The notes under the pieces were generated by a model that searched no databases, was not told the DNA's origin, and was given only the letters and a program-made list of their open reading frames with translations. Source: Actinomycetota bacterium (lineage in GTDB: Bacteria > Actinomycetota > CADDZG01 > JAHWKV01 > JAOPZY01). From it: a stretch of 36,626 nucleotides of DNA. The translations under genes and the position numbers were made by a program. Position 1 is the first letter of the stretch; each line of letters opens with the position of its first letter. This document shows positions 24,210 to 33,981 of this stretch, in pieces. Where the stretch lies: positions 1 through 36,626 of the forward strand of contig DAIQBQ010000001.1 in assembly GCA_036781065.1 (NCBI GenBank), in the 5' to 3' direction.

Positions 24210-24733
24210 AGGTACTGCCCCGGTCGGGAGTCGGGCGGAGGCGCTCCGGGCTGGCCCTGGCGGCGGAGCGGGTGGGGCACCTGGCCGCCCATCTGCTGGC
24301 CCATCAGGGTGGCCTGCATCCCGTGAAAGAGCCCCTCGAACCAGCCGACCAGCTGGGCCTGGCTCAGCCGTAGCTCCGACTGGGTGGGGACCTCGGCAGC
24401 GAACGGGAGGTTGAGCCGGTCGAGCTCGCCGCCGAGGTCGGGCGAGATCGCCCCTTTCAACTCCTCGATGCACCGGGCGAGCAGCGCCTGCGCCCTCCGC
24501 CGGGCGTCGGCATCCAGCGAGTCGCGGCGGGCCTCGTCGAGCATCTCGCGCAGCATCCCGCCGACGCGCAGCAGCTTGCCCACGTTGTGGACCTGCTCGG
24601 TCACCCCGTCGCTCTCCCGGCCAGCGGCCGCGGTGGACCCGCCGGGGGGAGCGACCGCTCCGAACCTCGGCCCGGACCCGCCCTCGAGCGGCCGTCCCGA
24701 CGCTGGCTCCTGCTCATTCATGGTCTGGCTCAT
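24206..24733 (-). CDS. bpa: Bacterial proteasome activator Bpa/PafE
   Basis: 175 aa. The core LRLSQAQLVGWFEGLFHGMQATLMGQQM closely matches mycobacterial Bpa (Rv3780). The C-terminus ends in GQYL, the 20S-docking motif. Confidence 0.9.
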   Translation of the reverse strand: MSQTMNEQEPASGRPLEGGSGPRFGAVAPPGGSTAAAGRESDGVTEQVHNVGKLLRVGGMLREMLDEARRDSLDADARRRAQALLARCIEELKGAISPDLGGELDRLNLPFAAEVPTQSELRLSQAQLVGWFEGLFHGMQATLMGQQMGGQVPHPLRRQGQPGAPPPDSRPGQYL

Positions 24734-24739
24734 AGTATT

Positions 24740-24774
24740 CCCCTGTCACGGGTAAGAGCTTGGTGCGACAGGGG
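24740..24774. promoter_or_regulatory. 8-bp inverted repeat in the bpa/transglutaminase-like divergent spacer; overlaps the bpa SD
   Basis: CCCCTGTC (24740-24747) pairs with GACAGGGG (24767-24774) across a 19-nt spacer. In the bpa mRNA, the arm GACAGGGG contains the SD-like AGGGGA 5 nt upstream of the ATG at 24733. Confidence 0.35.
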
Positions 24775-24797
24775 CAATCCATCCGGGGAGGGCGGTC

Positions 24798-25580
24798 ATG
24801 GACACAGTGGCCCAGTTCAGCGTGCTGGCAAGCCTACCGGCGGCGGACCTGGACCTTGCCCAGGGCGCCCTGCTGATCGCGCTCGCCGGTGATCCCGCCC
24901 TTGTGCCGGGCCGGTGGCGGGCGGAGCTCGACCGGTGGGCCGAGGGCGTGTCGGGGCTCGACGGCCTGCGCCGGCGGCTGTTCAGCGAGCTCGGCCTCAG
25001 CGGTGACGAGGCCAACTACTACGACCCGCAGAACTCGTTCCTGCACCGGGTTATGGAGCGGCGCAAGGGGATCCCGATCACGTTGTCACTGGTGACGATG
25101 GAGGTCGGCTGGCGGGCTGGGGTCCCGCTGGAGGCGGTCGGCATGCCCGGGCACTTCCTGGTCCGGGTGCCCCATACCGGGATCTACCTGGATGCCTTCG
25201 CTGGCGGCGAGCTCCTCGACGAGGCCGGTTGCGAGCGGCGGTTCCGCATGGCGACGGGCTCGACCGAAGCGGATGCGCCGTTCGGCCCCCACCTGCTGCC
25301 GACGATCAGCCCGCACGGCATCCTGGCCCGGATGCTCGCCAACCTGGCGGTGATCTACGAGCTGCGGCGGTCCGGACCGGACCTGGAGTGGGTCGCCCGG
25401 ATGCGGCTGGCGCTGCCCGGTGCGGCGGCCCCGGAGGTGCTGGCGCTTGCCAACGCCCTGGAGATGCAGGGGCTGTTCCTCGACGCCGCCCGGGAATTGG
25501 AGGGGCGGGCGGAAGGCTTGCCATCGGCGGCGCAGGAGCTGCTTGCCGCCGCGCACGGGCTGCGCGCCCGGTTCAACTGA
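24798..25580 (+). CDS. Transglutaminase-like/SirB1-type protein with C-terminal helical repeats
   Basis: 260 aa with SD GGGGAGGG. The core YYDPQNSFLHRVMERRKGIPITLSLVTMEVGWRAGVPLEAVGMPGHFLVR is typical of SirB1/YchA-like transglutaminase-fold proteins. Confidence 0.75.
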   Translation: MDTVAQFSVLASLPAADLDLAQGALLIALAGDPALVPGRWRAELDRWAEGVSGLDGLRRRLFSELGLSGDEANYYDPQNSFLHRVMERRKGIPITLSLVTMEVGWRAGVPLEAVGMPGHFLVRVPHTGIYLDAFAGGELLDEAGCERRFRMATGSTEADAPFGPHLLPTISPHGILARMLANLAVIYELRRSGPDLEWVARMRLALPGAAAPEVLALANALEMQGLFLDAARELEGRAEGLPSAAQELLAAAHGLRARFN

Positions 25581-25611
25581 ACCAGGCTAGGGCACTTCAG
25601 GAAGGGGTTTT

Positions 25612-26001
25612 ATGGACATCCATGCAAACGACGAGGTCCGCTCGGTTGCCGGTGGTGGTCACTTCACCGGTCGGGTCTTTCTCGACGCGCTGATCGACAA
25701 GCCGGGCGGTGACGGCATGCGCATGTACCGGGTGTGCTTCGAGCCAGGCGCCCGCACCAACTGGCACCGGCACCCCGGAGGGCAGGCGCTGTACATCGTC
25801 GCCGGCCAGGCCCGGCTGGGGGCGGAGGGGGAGAAGGCCCAGACCGTGTCGCCCGGGGATTCGGTCTACACCCCGCCGGGGCAGTGGCACTGGCACGGGG
25901 CGACCCCAGGCGCCTACATGGTCCATCTGGCGGTAAACCCGGGTGGCAAGACCGAGTGGGGGGACGACAAGCCGGTCACCGACGACGAGTACAAGGGGTA
26001 A
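25612..26001 (+). CDS. Cupin-domain protein
   Basis: 129 aa with SD AGGAAGGGG. Cupin motifs: GARTNWHRHPGGQALYIVAG and PGQWHWHGA. Confidence 0.85.
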   Translation: MDIHANDEVRSVAGGGHFTGRVFLDALIDKPGGDGMRMYRVCFEPGARTNWHRHPGGQALYIVAGQARLGAEGEKAQTVSPGDSVYTPPGQWHWHGATPGAYMVHLAVNPGGKTEWGDDKPVTDDEYKG

Positions 26002-26014
26002 GGGCCTACCGCTG

Positions 26015-27664
26015 CTAAGCGGCAGGAGTGCCGGACGCCCCCGAGGGCGGGCTCGGGCTCCCGTTGCCGTTGCCGCAGGTCGACCCGGTCGGGGGCAGAG
26101 TCAGGTTGATCAGGTAGTTGTCCTCGACGTTCTGTACGCAGATGCTGCCCTGCCCGAGCGAGGTGTGGCCCAGGCCGGTGTGGATCAACAGCACGCCCGA
26201 GGACAGCTCGTGGGCCAGGCTGACCCCCTCCTGGTACGGCGTCGCCGGGTCCCCGGTCGTGGCGACCACCAGGATCGGCGGTGCCCCCGGGGCGCTGATC
26301 GGGCCGGGCTTGATCACCGAGGGTACCGGCCAGCCGGCGCAGACGAAGCTGCTCCACACGATCGCCGGGCCGAAGATCGGTGCACCCATCGACACCGCGG
26401 TGTTTGCGGCGGCGGTGTAAGCGGCCGAGGCAGTCGGGTAGGTGCTGTCGACGCAGTTGATCGCCGAGCCGGCCGAGGTCAGCGAGTCGTAGGTCCCGTT
26501 GGAGCTGCGGTCGGTCAGCTCGTCGGCCATCTCCAGGATTTGGTTGCCCGACCCGTTGGACGCGGTCTCGAGGGCCGTCGCCAGCTGTGGCCAGCTGGCC
26601 GGTGAGTACAGCCCATCGGCAACGCCGTCGAGGAACAGCGCCTGCGTCAGCTGCCGGTTGCCGACTTGGATCGGCGACGCGGTGATCTTGGCCTCCAGGC
26701 TGAGGAAGGCGGCACGGGGGTTCCCGCCAGAGGAGAAGGCGCACGACGCGGTGCACTGGTTGAAGAAGTCGGTCAGCTCCTGGTCGAAGCCGACCGCCTG
26801 CTGCTCGTCGAAGGTCAGGCCGTCGAGGGCCGGGTCGATCGCCCCGTCGAGCACCAGCGCCCGCACGTGGGTCGGGAACAGGTTGGCGTACTGGGCGCCG
26901 AGGAAGGTCCCGTAGGAGTAGCCGAGGTAGGTCAGCTTGGCGTCGCCGACGGCCTGCCGGATAAAGTCCATGTCCCGGGCGGCGTCCTGGGTGTCGATGT
27001 GCGACAGGAAGGTCGGCCCGTAGTCGGCGGCACATCCGGCGGCGAACTGTTGGTCTGCCTGTTGCACCTGGGCGATCTGGCTGGGGGTGGCCGGGGCCGG
27101 GTCGATCGCCAGGTAGGCGTCCATGCTCGGCCCGCTCTCGCACGACAGCGGCTGGCTCTTCCCGACCGCTCGGGGGTCGAAGGCGACGACATCGAACCTG
27201 GCCAGCAGCTCGGCCGGGAGGATCGTCTGGATGCTCTGGGCGAACTGGACCGCCGAGGCCCCCGGGCCGCCGGGGTTGACGAACAGCGAGCCGATCCGCT
27301 CGCTCTTCGATCCCGAGGCGGGCAGCCGGATCAGCGCCAGCTTCACAGTCGGGCCGGTGGTGGGGGTCGCCCAGTTGAGCGGAACGGCGACCGTGGCGCA
27401 TTGGAACGGGGCGCCGCAGGTCCGCCAGGAGAGCGCCGGTACGGCGAGCCCGGTTGGCGAGGGCCCGGTGTTGGCTGCGGGCGACGACGGCGTCGCGGAA
27501 GGGGAGGCGGGTCCAGCGGACGAAGGCGAAGCGGCTGCCGAAGGCGAGCCCGACGCCGGCGGGGTGCTCTTGGCGACGGGGTGGTGACTGGGGCCGCACG
27601 AGGCGGCGACGAGGGCGAGGACGGCGAGCACGGAGGCCAGCCGGCCCGCGGAGGTGATGTGCAT
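26015..27664 (-). CDS. Secreted alpha/beta-hydrolase lipoprotein, tripeptidyl aminopeptidase (TAP, S33)-like
   Basis: The ATG at 27664 gives MHITSAGRLASVLAVLALVAASCGPS (lipobox). TTG 27676 is an alternative start. Ser/Pro/Ala-rich linker follows. Nucleophile elbow is GYSYGT. A C-terminal TAP-like region with conserved Cys is present. Confidence 0.85.
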   Translation of the reverse strand: MHITSAGRLASVLAVLALVAASCGPSHHPVAKSTPPASGSPSAAASPSSAGPASPSATPSSPAANTGPSPTGLAVPALSWRTCGAPFQCATVAVPLNWATPTTGPTVKLALIRLPASGSKSERIGSLFVNPGGPGASAVQFAQSIQTILPAELLARFDVVAFDPRAVGKSQPLSCESGPSMDAYLAIDPAPATPSQIAQVQQADQQFAAGCAADYGPTFLSHIDTQDAARDMDFIRQAVGDAKLTYLGYSYGTFLGAQYANLFPTHVRALVLDGAIDPALDGLTFDEQQAVGFDQELTDFFNQCTASCAFSSGGNPRAAFLSLEAKITASPIQVGNRQLTQALFLDGVADGLYSPASWPQLATALETASNGSGNQILEMADELTDRSSNGTYDSLTSAGSAINCVDSTYPTASAAYTAAANTAVSMGAPIFGPAIVWSSFVCAGWPVPSVIKPGPISAPGAPPILVVATTGDPATPYQEGVSLAHELSSGVLLIHTGLGHTSLGQGSICVQNVEDNYLINLTLPPTGSTCGNGNGSPSPPSGASGTPAA

Positions 27665-27753
27665 ACTGGCAGCCAATGTAACGCCCCCGCCCGGCCGGGG
27701 CCCCGGTCTGCTCAGCGGGTCGCCAGCCTCGCCCCGAGCAGGAGCAGCCGAGG

Positions 27754-29210
27754 TCAGCGCAGCGCGGCCGGCGCCCCCCCGGCCACGTCGGTCTCGAACT
27801 CCGAAGTCTGGTTGAGCTGGAGGTCCCGCCAGCCGCGGCGGTGGTCGAGGATCCGGTCGGCCTCGACCGGTCCCCAGCTGCCGCGCAGGTAGGGGTGCAC
27901 GTCGCCAGGGTGATCGAGGGCTGGCTCCACCACCGCCCAGGCGGTCTCGACCGCGTCCTGGCGGGCGAACCGGGCGGCGTTGCCCTCGATGGCGTCGTTC
28001 AGCAGCCGCTCGTAGGCCTCGTGGCGGTGACCGAAGACCTGCTCGAAGTTGACATCAAGGCCCACCGGCTCGCTGATCAGGCCCTCGCCCGGCGCTTTGG
28101 CCTGCAGCCGCACGGTGACGCCGTCGTTGGCACCCAGGCGGAAGCGGATCAGGTTGGGATGGGGCCGGTGGTCGGTCGAGGCGAACAGCATCCGGGGGGG
28201 AGCGGTGAACTCGACGACTGCCTCCAGCGATGTCGCGGTCAGACCCTTCCCAGCCCGCACGTAGAACGGCACGCCGGCCCACCGCCAGCTGTCGATATCG
28301 AGGCGCAGCGCGGCGAAGGTCTCCGTCGTGGAGTCCTGGGCGACCCCCGGCTCGTTCAGGTAGCCGGCGTACTGGCCGCGCACGACGAACTTCGGGTTGA
28401 CCGGGTGCATCGCCTTCAGCACGCGCACCTTCTCGTCCCGGAGCGCCTCGGCGCCGGTGCCGAGCGGCGGCTCCATCGCCAGCAGGGCGACGACGTTCAG
28501 CAGGTGGTTCTGGACGACGTCGCGGATCGCGCCGACGCTGTCGTAAAAGGAGCCGCGGCCCTCAACGCCGAAGTTCTCGGCCATCGTGACCTCGACCCGC
28601 TCGACGTAGCGGCGGTTCCAGATCGGCTCCAGCAGCGTGTTGGCGAAGCGGAAGACCATCAGGTTCTCGATCGGTTCCTTGCCCAGGTAGTGGTCGATGC
28701 GGAAGATGGCTTTCTCGTCGAAGACCTGGTGGAGCACGGCGTTCAGTTCCCTGGCCGATGCGAGGTCGCGGCCGAACGGCTTCTCGACCACGACCCGGGC
28801 CTTCTGGTCGAGGCCAACCCCGGCCAGGCCCTGTGCCACGGTCTCGAACAGCGCCGGCGGGATCGCCAGGTAGTGCATCGGCTTCACCGCCTTGTGGGCG
28901 TTGATCTTGGCCGCGAGGGAGGCGAAGGTAGCCGGGTCCTTGTAGTCGCCGTCGACCATCTCAAGCGCCGCGCACAGCCGGTCGAGCGAGGCCCCGTTGT
29001 AGGTGTCGACGCCGGTGTGGACCGACTCGGCCGCATAGTTGCGCAGCTCGGTGTCCCCCCACCCGGACTTGGCCACGCCGACGACCGGGATCTTGAGCCG
29101 GCCCTCGTCGGCCAGGTGGTACAGGGCGGGGTAGAGCTTCTTCTTCGCCAGGTCGCCGGTGGCCCCGAACAGCACCAGGGCATCGGCCTCGGCCGGGTTG
29201 TGCTTGCCGC

Positions 29211-29214
<4 letters not shown>
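27754..29214 (-). CDS. zwf: Glucose-6-phosphate 1-dehydrogenase
   Basis: The ATG at 29214 gives [34 protein letters not shown]. Active-site motif is RIDHYLGKE. The ATG overlaps the gnd stop (ATGA, 29211-29214). The upstream ORF extension is Arg-rich and rejected. Confidence 0.95.
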
Positions 29215-30233
<1,019 letters not shown>

Positions 30234-30292
30234 ATGGACCTCCCTACGGCGGGGATCAGGCGGATATGGCGTTTGTGCGAACCCAGCCCACT

Positions 30293-30880
30293 CTAGTCCG
30301 TGGCCGGATCGACCTCCGCCCCGGGGTTGCCGGCCGTGCCCGCCGCCGGGTGACGAGCCCGCCACTCCGGCCAGGGAACGGGCGGCTCGCCGCCGATCTG
30401 GCGGACCACCTCGTCGATGAACCAGCGCCGGAAGGCGAGCGCCTCCGGCGGCGTGACCAGGGTCAGCAGGTACTCCCCGCTGGCGCAGAACCGGTCGGCC
30501 TCGTCGAGCAGGTCGCCAAGCTCGGCCGCCGCTCCGGCCACCTCGTGCGGCAGCCGGTAGGTCAGGTCGAGCTCCGCCGTACCGGCCGCCTCGGCGTCGG
30601 CCAGGGCCGCCTCGGCGGCGACGGTGAACCCGGCGTAGTCGGTGCTCAGCCGCTCGGCGAGCTGACCCAGCCGCTTGGGCACGTCGGCCGCCTCCGGGTT
30701 GCCTATGGCGAGCAGCTGGAACTCGCGCATCAGCCCGTCGCTGTGCTCGCGGGCTGCCAGGTAGACGGCCATGGGGAAGGACAGGATCCTGACCTCGGCC
30801 AGGTCCGCTGGCTCCGTGTCAGGCCGCCTTCCGGCGCGTCCGGCAGGCGCGGTCGATTGAGGCCGATCCGCGCTGGCCAT
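30293..30880 (-). CDS. Hypothetical protein, third gene of the partner-switching operon
   Basis: Good GC3 frame. Candidate starts are ATG 30880 (62-nt overlap with the kinase gene) or ATG 30772 (MAVYLAAREH...). The product is predicted helical and acidic. I recognise no family. Confidence 0.5.
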   Translation of the reverse strand: MASADRPQSTAPAGRAGRRPDTEPADLAEVRILSFPMAVYLAAREHSDGLMREFQLLAIGNPEAADVPKRLGQLAERLSTDYAGFTVAAEAALADAEAAGTAELDLTYRLPHEVAGAAAELGDLLDEADRFCASGEYLLTLVTPPEALAFRRWFIDEVVRQIGGEPPVPWPEWRARHPAAGTAGNPGAEVDPATD

Positions 30881-31337
30881 GAGGGCGCAGCGGGGCCGGC
30901 GGAGCGGCCGGGTGCCCTCCGGGCGCGCTGTCCGGCTGTCCCTGGTGCCCCGCCCGGGCAACGGTGACCAGATTCTGCTCGAACCACACCCACTTGCCGT
31001 TGCCGTCCGGGGTGGTGCCCCAGCGGTCGCACAGCGAGTCGACCAGGACCAGACCGCGGCCTGTGGTCGCGGTCGCCGAGTACTTGCGCATGGCCGGCTG
31101 GCCCCGTCCGGAATCGTGGACGGCGACCCGGAGAACCTTGCCCAGTGTCACCCGCACCGTGATGTTGCCCTCGCCGTGCAGGAAGGCATTGGTGACCAGC
31201 TCGCTCAAGGCGAGGATCGCCTCGGCCAGTAGGTCTCGCTCGCCCCACGCCGCCAGTTTCTCGGCGAGGAACTGGCGTGCGTTGCCCGGGGCCTCGGGAC
31301 CCGCTGGGAGGATCCGCTGCGCTAGGCGCTCGTCCAC
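30819..31337 (-). CDS. RsbW/SpoIIAB-like anti-sigma serine kinase (HATPase_c_2)
   Basis: The GTG start is preceded by GGGAGAAGG. N-box is ELVTNAFLHG, G1 is VHDSGRG, G2 is GRGLVLVDSL. A low-complexity C-terminal tail follows. Confidence 0.8.
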   Translation of the reverse strand: MDERLAQRILPAGPEAPGNARQFLAEKLAAWGERDLLAEAILALSELVTNAFLHGEGNITVRVTLGKVLRVAVHDSGRGQPAMRKYSATATTGRGLVLVDSLCDRWGTTPDGNGKWVWFEQNLVTVARAGHQGQPDSAPGGHPAAPPAPLRPHGQRGSASIDRACRTRRKAA

Positions 31338-31404
31338 ACCTTCTCCCAGCGGGAGGAGGGCAAGCCGTCTTGAAAATGAGCCGGCGTAATTGAGAGACGG
31401 GCCA

Positions 31405-31773
31405 TTAGCGGGGGGAGGGGGAGCGGAGGTGTTCGAGGGTGTCGGCCTCCGTCGGGCAGATCGTAATGATGTTGTCCAGCCCGCAGATCTCCAGGGTCCG
31501 GCGGACCGCCGGCTGGGGGGCGCAGAGGATGAGGTTGAGGCTGTGCTCGCGCAGCCGCTTCAGGGCGGCGATGATCACCGACAGGCCGGTGGAGTCCATG
31601 AACGCCAGGTCGCCCATGTCGAGGACCACGTTGCGCCCGCCGTGGGCGACCTCGGTCAGTTCCTCCCGCAACGCCGGGCTCGAAGCGATGTCGAGCTCTC
31701 CGCTGACGCGGACCACCTCGGCCTCGGGGAGCGATTCCCGGACGATGTTGAGCTGCACCGACTTTCCGACCAT
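31405..31773 (-). CDS. STAS-domain anti-sigma-factor antagonist
   Basis: 122 aa from the ATG at 31773. The sequence VVRVSGELDIASSPALREEL...VVLDMGDLAFMDSTGLSVIIAAL carries a conserved phosphorylatable Ser in the DST motif. Confidence 0.85.
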   Translation of the reverse strand: MVGKSVQLNIVRESLPEAEVVRVSGELDIASSPALREELTEVAHGGRNVVLDMGDLAFMDSTGLSVIIAALKRLREHSLNLILCAPQPAVRRTLEICGLDNIITICPTEADTLEHLRSPSPR

Positions 31774-31841
31774 CCACCGCCCCGGCGTGGCCCGATTGAA
31801 CGTAGCGAGACGACAGGTTACCGCGGGCGGTAGTCCCCGGC

Positions 31842-32774
31842 TTAGACCGCGCCCGGCGGGTTGTCGCCCACCGGCCCTCCGAAGACGTACACGGTCATGC
31901 CGACCGGGTCGAGCTTGGCCATCGTATCGGCGAAGGCCAGCGGGACGCGGATGCACCCGTGCGAGGCGGGCTGCGGCGGGACCGAGGAGTAGCCGTGGAT
32001 GGCGATGCCGAGCGTGTCGTCGATGAACGCCGGCTTGTACATCTGCCCGAGCGGCGAGGTCCACCACCCGCTGTATTTCCAAAGGACGCTGAACATCCCG
32101 TTCGGGGTGATGGCGTGGTGCTTGCCCGGGGAATTCTTCTCGTAGAAGGTTTCGCCCGACCCGGTCGATACCGCCACCGTGGTTGTCACCTGCCCACCCG
32201 AGACCACCAGCAGCACCTGGCGGGCGATGTCGACCTCGATGTGGTCCGGCGGGGAGAGGTAGGTGGCGGTGGGGATCTGTGCCGTCGCCAGCGCCGCGGC
32301 GGTGGCCCCGTCGATCACCCCGGTTCGGGGCAGGCCGGTGACCTTCTGGAAGGCGGTGACCGCGAAGCCGGTGTCCGAGCCGTAGACGCCGTTGACCGGG
32401 CCGATCATGTAGGTGAGTTGGGCGAGGCGTTGCTGGAAGGCGCTGACGGTGGGCCCTGACGCCCCGGGGCCCACCGGCGCGACGATGGTGGGCAGCGAGA
32501 CGCCGGGCGGGGTCGGCGACGCCGTCTCCGTTGGTTCGGGGGGCGGAGGGACGTAGACCGTCGGGGGTGGGATCGCCGAACCTCTGGTCGCGGCCGGGAT
32601 GTCAGCGGCCGAGATGCCGTGGGCCAGCAGGTCGCCCAGCAAGGCCAGAAGCATCAGCGCCACAAAGCCGGCCAGTGCGATCATCCAGGTGGGATACGTC
32701 CGCTTCGGCGGATACGCAGGGGGTCCAGGGTACCTGCGGGAGCCGGTGGGACCGGCGGGACTCTGCCAGGCCAT
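31842..32774 (-). CDS. L,D-transpeptidase (YkuD) with peptidoglycan-binding domain and N-terminal TM anchor
   Basis: The TM helix is WMIALAGFVALMLLALLGDLL. The PG_binding_1-like segment reads VSAFQQRLAQLTYMIGPVNGVYGSDTGFAVTAFQKVTGLPRTGVID. The catalytic motif is SHGCIRVP. Confidence 0.9.
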   Translation of the reverse strand: MAWQSPAGPTGSRRYPGPPAYPPKRTYPTWMIALAGFVALMLLALLGDLLAHGISAADIPAATRGSAIPPPTVYVPPPPEPTETASPTPPGVSLPTIVAPVGPGASGPTVSAFQQRLAQLTYMIGPVNGVYGSDTGFAVTAFQKVTGLPRTGVIDGATAAALATAQIPTATYLSPPDHIEVDIARQVLLVVSGGQVTTTVAVSTGSGETFYEKNSPGKHHAITPNGMFSVLWKYSGWWTSPLGQMYKPAFIDDTLGIAIHGYSSVPPQPASHGCIRVPLAFADTMAKLDPVGMTVYVFGGPVGDNPPGAV

Positions 32775-32862
32775 AGCTCACCGTAGCATCGTTCCTTCAG
32801 GAAGGAGCAACCGCGACAACGCGGGCGCGACCGGGATCCCGGGGCTGCAGCGGGGGCGGGGG
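32775..32862. promoter_or_regulatory. Divergent intergenic region with two palindromes
   Basis: TCCTTCagGAAGGA lies at 32793-32806. A perfect 12-bp palindrome, CCGGGATCCCGG, lies at 32831-32842. Both sit between the ldt gene (-) and the flippase-like gene (+). Confidence 0.3.
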
Positions 32863-33981
32863 ATGATGATGTCCATGAACGCCCCACTCGAGGAGGCTGC
32901 TGGGCGGGACCCCCGCCGCGACGGCGCCGCGGACGTGCGCCCAGCGGGCACCCGCCAACGCCGGCGGTTCTGGATGGCGGTGCGCTACGGGATCGGGGTC
33001 GTCGCCGCCGCCGCCGCCCTCGACGTCGTGTTCGGGCGGCGGGACGAGCTGTCCGGGGCGGTCACCACACTCGGCCACGTCTCCTGGCTGTGGGCGGTGA
33101 CCGGGGTCGTGGCCGAGCTCGGCTCGATCATGTGCTACGCCGGGCTCCAGGGGTGCCTCCTCGAGGCCGGGGGGGTCGACGTCGGCCTCGGCCTGCTGAC
33201 CGGGATCACGCTGGCGGCGAATGCCGTTCAGAACTCGTTGCCGGTCGGGCCTGCCTGGTCAACGATCTACGTCTACCGGCAGTTCCGCGGCCGTGACGCC
33301 GACTCTGTCCTGGCCGGGTGGACGATCATCGCCTCGTTCGTCCTGGCCTTCGCCGCGCTGGCGGTGCTCGCCCTCGTCGGCCTGGCCCTGGCCCAGGGGC
33401 AGGCGGCATCGTTCGACCTGGTCGAAGGCATGCTGGGATCGGCGGTCGTCGCCGGGCTGCTGGTCGTCGCCGCCCATAAGGGGGTGCTCGTCGGGCGGGC
33501 ACGCCGGTTCGCCGTGGGGGCCGTCCGGTTGATCCAGCGAGTGGTCCGGCGGCCCCGGGGCGACCCGGGGCAGGTCGTTGCCGAGGCGATGCACCGGGTA
33601 CGGGTGGTGCGGTTGTCCCGAGCGAGGCTGCTTCGGGCCTTCGCCTGGGCTTCCGGGAACTGGCTGCTCGATCTGTCCTGCCTGGCGATGGCGTTCCTCG
33701 CCGTGCACTCGGCGATCCCGTGGCGTGGCCTGCTGCTGGCCTACACCGCCGGGCAGCTCGCCGCCAACCTCCCGCTGACGCTGGGGGGCCTGGGCGTCGT
33801 CGAGGGCAGCCTGACGATCGCCCTGGTGTTCTACGGCGGGGCTCAGGCGCCTACCGTGGCAGCGGTGCTGTTGTACCGCATCATCAGCTTCTGGCTGCTG
33901 TTGCCGGCAGGCTGGATCGCCGCGCTGGTCGTGCGGGTACGCCGGGACGTCGAGGAAGTGATGGAGGTGGAGTCTTCGTGA
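32863..33981 (+). CDS. Flippase-like membrane protein (UPF0104 / lysyl-PG synthase TM-region family)
   Basis: The ATG at 32863 begins MMMSMNAPLEE.... There are about 8 hydrophobic helices. The C-terminal GQLAANLPLTLGGLGVVEGSL motif is typical of this family. The earlier part of ORF 32599-33981 is antisense to ldt and rejected. Confidence 0.75.
   Translation: MMMSMNAPLEEAAGRDPRRDGAADVRPAGTRQRRRFWMAVRYGIGVVAAAAALDVVFGRRDELSGAVTTLGHVSWLWAVTGVVAELGSIMCYAGLQGCLLEAGGVDVGLGLLTGITLAANAVQNSLPVGPAWSTIYVYRQFRGRDADSVLAGWTIIASFVLAFAALAVLALVGLALAQGQAASFDLVEGMLGSAVVAGLLVVAAHKGVLVGRARRFAVGAVRLIQRVVRRPRGDPGQVVAEAMHRVRVVRLSRARLLRAFAWASGNWLLDLSCLAMAFLAVHSAIPWRGLLLAYTAGQLAANLPLTLGGLGVVEGSLTIALVFYGGAQAPTVAAVLLYRIISFWLLLPAGWIAALVVRVRRDVEEVMEVESS

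Noticed and set aside
24210-24473. Longer 184-aa version of the pterin dehydratase ORF
   Set aside because: It would overlap bpa by about 265 nt. The extension is Pro/Gly/Arg-rich. The conserved PCD domain starts at the GTG that overlaps the bpa stop.
24740-24790. Resemblance of cTGTCGcac / cTGTCAcgg to the PafBC-dependent RecA-NDp promoter motif (TGTCRGTG-N8-TANNNT)
   Set aside because: The second half of the first element and the downstream TANNNT at the required 8-nt spacing do not match on either strand.
25914-27599. 561-aa alternative frame on the same strand as the TAP-like peptidase gene
   Set aside because: The product is extremely Arg/Pro/Gly-rich. The frame at 26015-27664 carries the lipobox, the GYSYGT nucleophile elbow and alpha/beta-hydrolase features.
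32778-32789. Three-codon mini-ORF (ATG CTA CGG TGA) just upstream of the ldt start
   Set aside because: It is too short and its SD spacing is poor. It is most likely coincidental.
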